Positions 61,351 through 64,000 of a stretch of 64,000 nt of DNA are shown in pieces. How positions within the stretch are numbered: position 1 is the first letter of the stretch; every line of letters begins with the position of its first letter. The notes under the pieces were generated by a model. The model did no database searches and was not told the DNA's origin. It was given only the letters and a program-made list of their open reading frames with translations. The DNA is taken from NCBI GenBank assembly GCA_965242725.1, contig CBDESZ010000017.1, forward strand, positions 32,001 through 96,000. The letters are read 5' to 3'. The DNA comes from Alkalispirochaeta sp. Its GTDB lineage: Bacteria > Spirochaetota > Spirochaetia > DSM-27196 > Alkalispirochaetaceae. A program made the translations under genes and the position numbers.

Positions 61351-62736
61351 GTGGATAAAGTCTTAGAAAACCAGCTGACGGCGCTCCGGGAACGGCAGCG
61401 AACATACTTTTGCGCAGGAATGACCCGACCTCCGGAATTCAGGCGGGCGATGCTTCGCAGACTCAAGTCGGCGATTGCGGAACATGAAGATGACTTCATA
61501 ACCGCCCTTCAGCACGACCTGGCGAAGTCGCCCTTTGAAAGCTATTCCAACGAAATCGGAATGGTCTACCGGGAGATAGAACACGCGATAAAACGGGTTC
61601 GTCGATGGTCCCGGACGCGACGGATCATTCCCGATTTTTACCTCCTGCCGGGATGGGGGCGTGTCATACCGGAGCCCTACGGCACTGCGCTCATCATCGC
61701 ACCCTGGAACTACCCGATGCAGCTCCTCTTTGCCCCCCTGGTGGCGGCAATCGCCGCAGGGAATACGGTGGTCCTCAAACCGTCGGAACTGGCGCCCCAT
61801 ACCGCCGCCGTCAGTCGCCGGGTGGTGGAATCAGCCTTTCCCGATGACTATATCGCCGTGGTGGAGGGTGATTCAGCGGTGAGTGAACGCCTCATAGACG
61901 ACGGATACGACTACCTGTTCTTCACCGGAAGTGTTCCGGTTGGTCGAAAAATCATGGAACGCGCCGCGCCGCACCTCACCCCGGTCACGCTGGAGCTGGG
62001 CGGGAAGAGCCCGGCCGTGGTCGACAGGACCGCTCCTATTGATGCGACTGCCCGCCGTATCGTCTGGGGGAAATTCAACAACGCCGGGCAGACGTGTGTC
62101 GCCCCGGACTACATACTTGTCGAACGCGCCGTCGCGGACGAGCTCGTTTCCCGGATCGGCGTCATGATAGATCGATTTTACGGCGCAGATCCTTCCCGGA
62201 GCGCCGACTACGGCAGAATAATCAACGAGCGCCACCTGCACAGGCTCTCAAACCTCCTTGATCCCTCTATCACCGTCCATGGAGGGGGGATATCGGAAGC
62301 CGAACGGTACATAGAGCCTACCGTTCTCTATCCCACCCCCTGGGACCACCCGGTAATGGAGGACGAGATCTTTGGTCCCATCCTGCCGATCATCCCGTAC
62401 GATACGCTTGATGAAGCGATGCAACGCATCTCCGAACGTCCCCATCCCCTCGCCCTCTATGCCTTCAGCCGGGATGCCGCCGCGACACGCCGACTGACGG
62501 AAGAACTCTCCTACGGCGGAGGCGGAGTCAACTGCACCGTACTCCACGTAGCCAGTACGAAACTGCCCTTCGGGGGAATAGGACCAAGCGGCATGGGTTC
62601 CTATCACGGCAAGGCGGGATTCGACACGTTTTCCCATCAGAAGAGCGTCCTGGTACAGCTCGCGGCGATGGATCTGCCCCTTATGTATCCCCACAAACGC
62701 ATCCCCCTGAAGATTCTCAGGAGGATTCTCAAATGA
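61351..62736 (+). CDS. Aldehyde dehydrogenase (ALDH3-like)
   Basis: PWNYP, KPSE, FTGS..VG, LELGGKSP, NAGQTCVAPD, EIFGPILP. Confidence 0.93.
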   Translation: MDKVLENQLTALRERQRTYFCAGMTRPPEFRRAMLRRLKSAIAEHEDDFITALQHDLAKSPFESYSNEIGMVYREIEHAIKRVRRWSRTRRIIPDFYLLPGWGRVIPEPYGTALIIAPWNYPMQLLFAPLVAAIAAGNTVVLKPSELAPHTAAVSRRVVESAFPDDYIAVVEGDSAVSERLIDDGYDYLFFTGSVPVGRKIMERAAPHLTPVTLELGGKSPAVVDRTAPIDATARRIVWGKFNNAGQTCVAPDYILVERAVADELVSRIGVMIDRFYGADPSRSADYGRIINERHLHRLSNLLDPSITVHGGGISEAERYIEPTVLYPTPWDHPVMEDEIFGPILPIIPYDTLDEAMQRISERPHPLALYAFSRDAAATRRLTEELSYGGGGVNCTVLHVASTKLPFGGIGPSGMGSYHGKAGFDTFSHQKSVLVQLAAMDLPLMYPHKRIPLKILRRILK

Positions 62737-63140
62737 TACGTACCTTCGTACTGAGGATGCTGTTGGCAGCCCTCGGCAGGGTGATGGTAATTGTTCAGAA
62801 ATTTGACCCTGCGGTACGAAGGGAATGGAGCGTCTACCCCGAGGGAACGAGAGTGGCCCTGATACCGCATCCCGGAGCACGGCCACTGGTGCTGTTGAAA
62901 GAAGGGGGCGTCTTCAGCCCGGCATCCGGGGAAGACTCGGAGGAGGCGTGGGACTACCGCATCGTCTTTAAATCCGCACGCATCGCCTGGCCCGTTCTCA
63001 CCGGCGCCAAAAGGGTGGAGCAGGCGTTTCTGGAGCATGGTGTCGTGGTGTTCGGCGATATTATGAATATCCTCCCCCTCGTGAGGGGCGTTCTCATGGT
63101 GGAACGTCATATCGGTATGCGCCCGAAATGGAGACGATGA
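62733..63140 (+). CDS. Hypothetical protein, possibly SCP2-like lipid-binding fold
   Basis: Translationally coupled (ATGA overlaps) to both neighbours; IVFKS...VLTG...V.GD pattern. Confidence 0.6.
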   Translation: MIRTFVLRMLLAALGRVMVIVQKFDPAVRREWSVYPEGTRVALIPHPGARPLVLLKEGGVFSPASGEDSEEAWDYRIVFKSARIAWPVLTGAKRVEQAFLEHGVVVFGDIMNILPLVRGVLMVERHIGMRPKWRR

Positions 63141-64000
63141 TGACCGTGAATGACTCCTATATCTTCCAGAATTCGACAAAACTGATATCCGGCGTAAATG
63201 CCCTGGAACATCTTGCACACGAGATCGCGCTCTTCGATGCGTCCCGGCCGCTCGTGATGGTCGATCCGGCACTGCTCCGTAGGGGGCACTATAAAAAGGT
63301 GCGGAAAGCGCTGCAAAGCGGCGGCATGACCGAGGCAGCGTCGTATACCGACCTCCCGGCGGACGCGCCGCTTGAGAAGGTGGACGCCGCCGCCGACCAC
63401 TATCGTGCGAACCGGTGCGATGCGATCATCGCCGTCGGCGGCGGCTCCGTCATAGATGCGGCCAAGGGCGTATCCATGACCGTCAGTACCGGCTCTTCCT
63501 CGGTGAGGGACGTCATGGGCTACGACCGCCTGACGGGAAAGATGACTCCCCTTATCGCGATTCCGACGACCGCCGGCACGGGGAGTGAAAGCACCCTCGT
63601 CGCGGTACTCTCGGACCATGAAGCAGAAGTAAAACGGGAGTACCTCTCCTATCTGCTCCAGCCCCACGTGGCGATCCTCGATCCGGAAATGACCGTATCG
63701 CTGCCGCCCCGGATTACCGCAGCGACAGGTATGGATACCCTGGTTCACGCCGTGGAGGCGTATACGGGACGACAGAAAAATCCCCTCAGTCGGGCGTACG
63801 CACATGGGGCGGTCTCGCTCGTGTCGTCCTTTCTCGTGAGGGCGGTCGTCATCGGCCGTGACCGGGAAGCGCGACTGGGTATGGCAAACGCCGCGTATAT
63901 GGCGGGCGCAGCATTTTCAAATTCAATGGTCGGAGCGGTTCACGCGATCGGACACGGTGTGGGGGCGGTATGCGGAGCACCCCACGGAGAGGTGATGAAC
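63137..64000 (+). CDS. Iron-containing alcohol dehydrogenase (3' truncated by window edge)
   Basis: Open frame from ATG 63137: AVGGGSVIDAAKG, IPTTAGTGSE, GMDTLVHAVE, HAIGH. Confidence 0.9.
   Translation, partial: MMTVNDSYIFQNSTKLISGVNALEHLAHEIALFDASRPLVMVDPALLRRGHYKKVRKALQSGGMTEAASYTDLPADAPLEKVDAAADHYRANRCDAIIAVGGGSVIDAAKGVSMTVSTGSSSVRDVMGYDRLTGKMTPLIAIPTTAGTGSESTLVAVLSDHEAEVKREYLSYLLQPHVAILDPEMTVSLPPRITAATGMDTLVHAVEAYTGRQKNPLSRAYAHGAVSLVSSFLVRAVVIGRDREARLGMANAAYMAGAAFSNSMVGAVHAIGHGVGAVCGAPHGEVMN

Noticed and set aside
1..64000. rRNA, tRNA, prophage, integrase or recognisable defence island
   Set aside because: Nearly all of the window is accounted for by housekeeping, metabolic and signalling genes, and I saw no such motifs in the short intergenic gaps.

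Overview
A GC-rich 64-kb chromosomal window, probably from a free-living spirochaete (Spirochaetaceae-like). This is inferred from the pyrG-lptCAB-rpoN-hpf-hprK-ptsH gene order and the 'FAGG/YAGG' ends of the solute-binding-protein signal peptides. Core content: a purL-[guanine riboswitch]-purCFMN cluster; a long minus-strand run pyrG-lptCAB-rpoN-hpf-hprK-ptsH-ntrY/ntrX-like-lexA-holA; cheR-cheB-lipB; a hexuronate operon (DeoR-SDR-uxaC-uxaE); an OsmF/Yeh-type osmoprotectant ABC transporter; an arabinose operon (chvE-gguAB-araD-araA); and several signalling genes (GGDEF, degenerate EAL, REC-PAS-PAS kinase, MCP-CZB-hemerythrin). The most notable observations are: (1) an unusual IS1/IS1595-like element (36.6-37.9 kb) and a 135-bp MITE 9 kb away with the same terminal repeats; (2) a self-contained two-gene operon of a P-loop kinase and a divergent GH13 enzyme, with its own promoter and palindromic operator; (3) a pyrG promoter built like the CTP-sensing pyrC start-site switch; (4) many apparently leaderless genes; (5) a plant-FAAH-like amidase; (6) twelve +1 homopolymer frameshifts at 48.2-54.3 kb that look like assembly errors rather than real pseudogenes. 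I saw no rRNA, tRNA, CRISPR array or prophage. All calls are by eye, without database searches.
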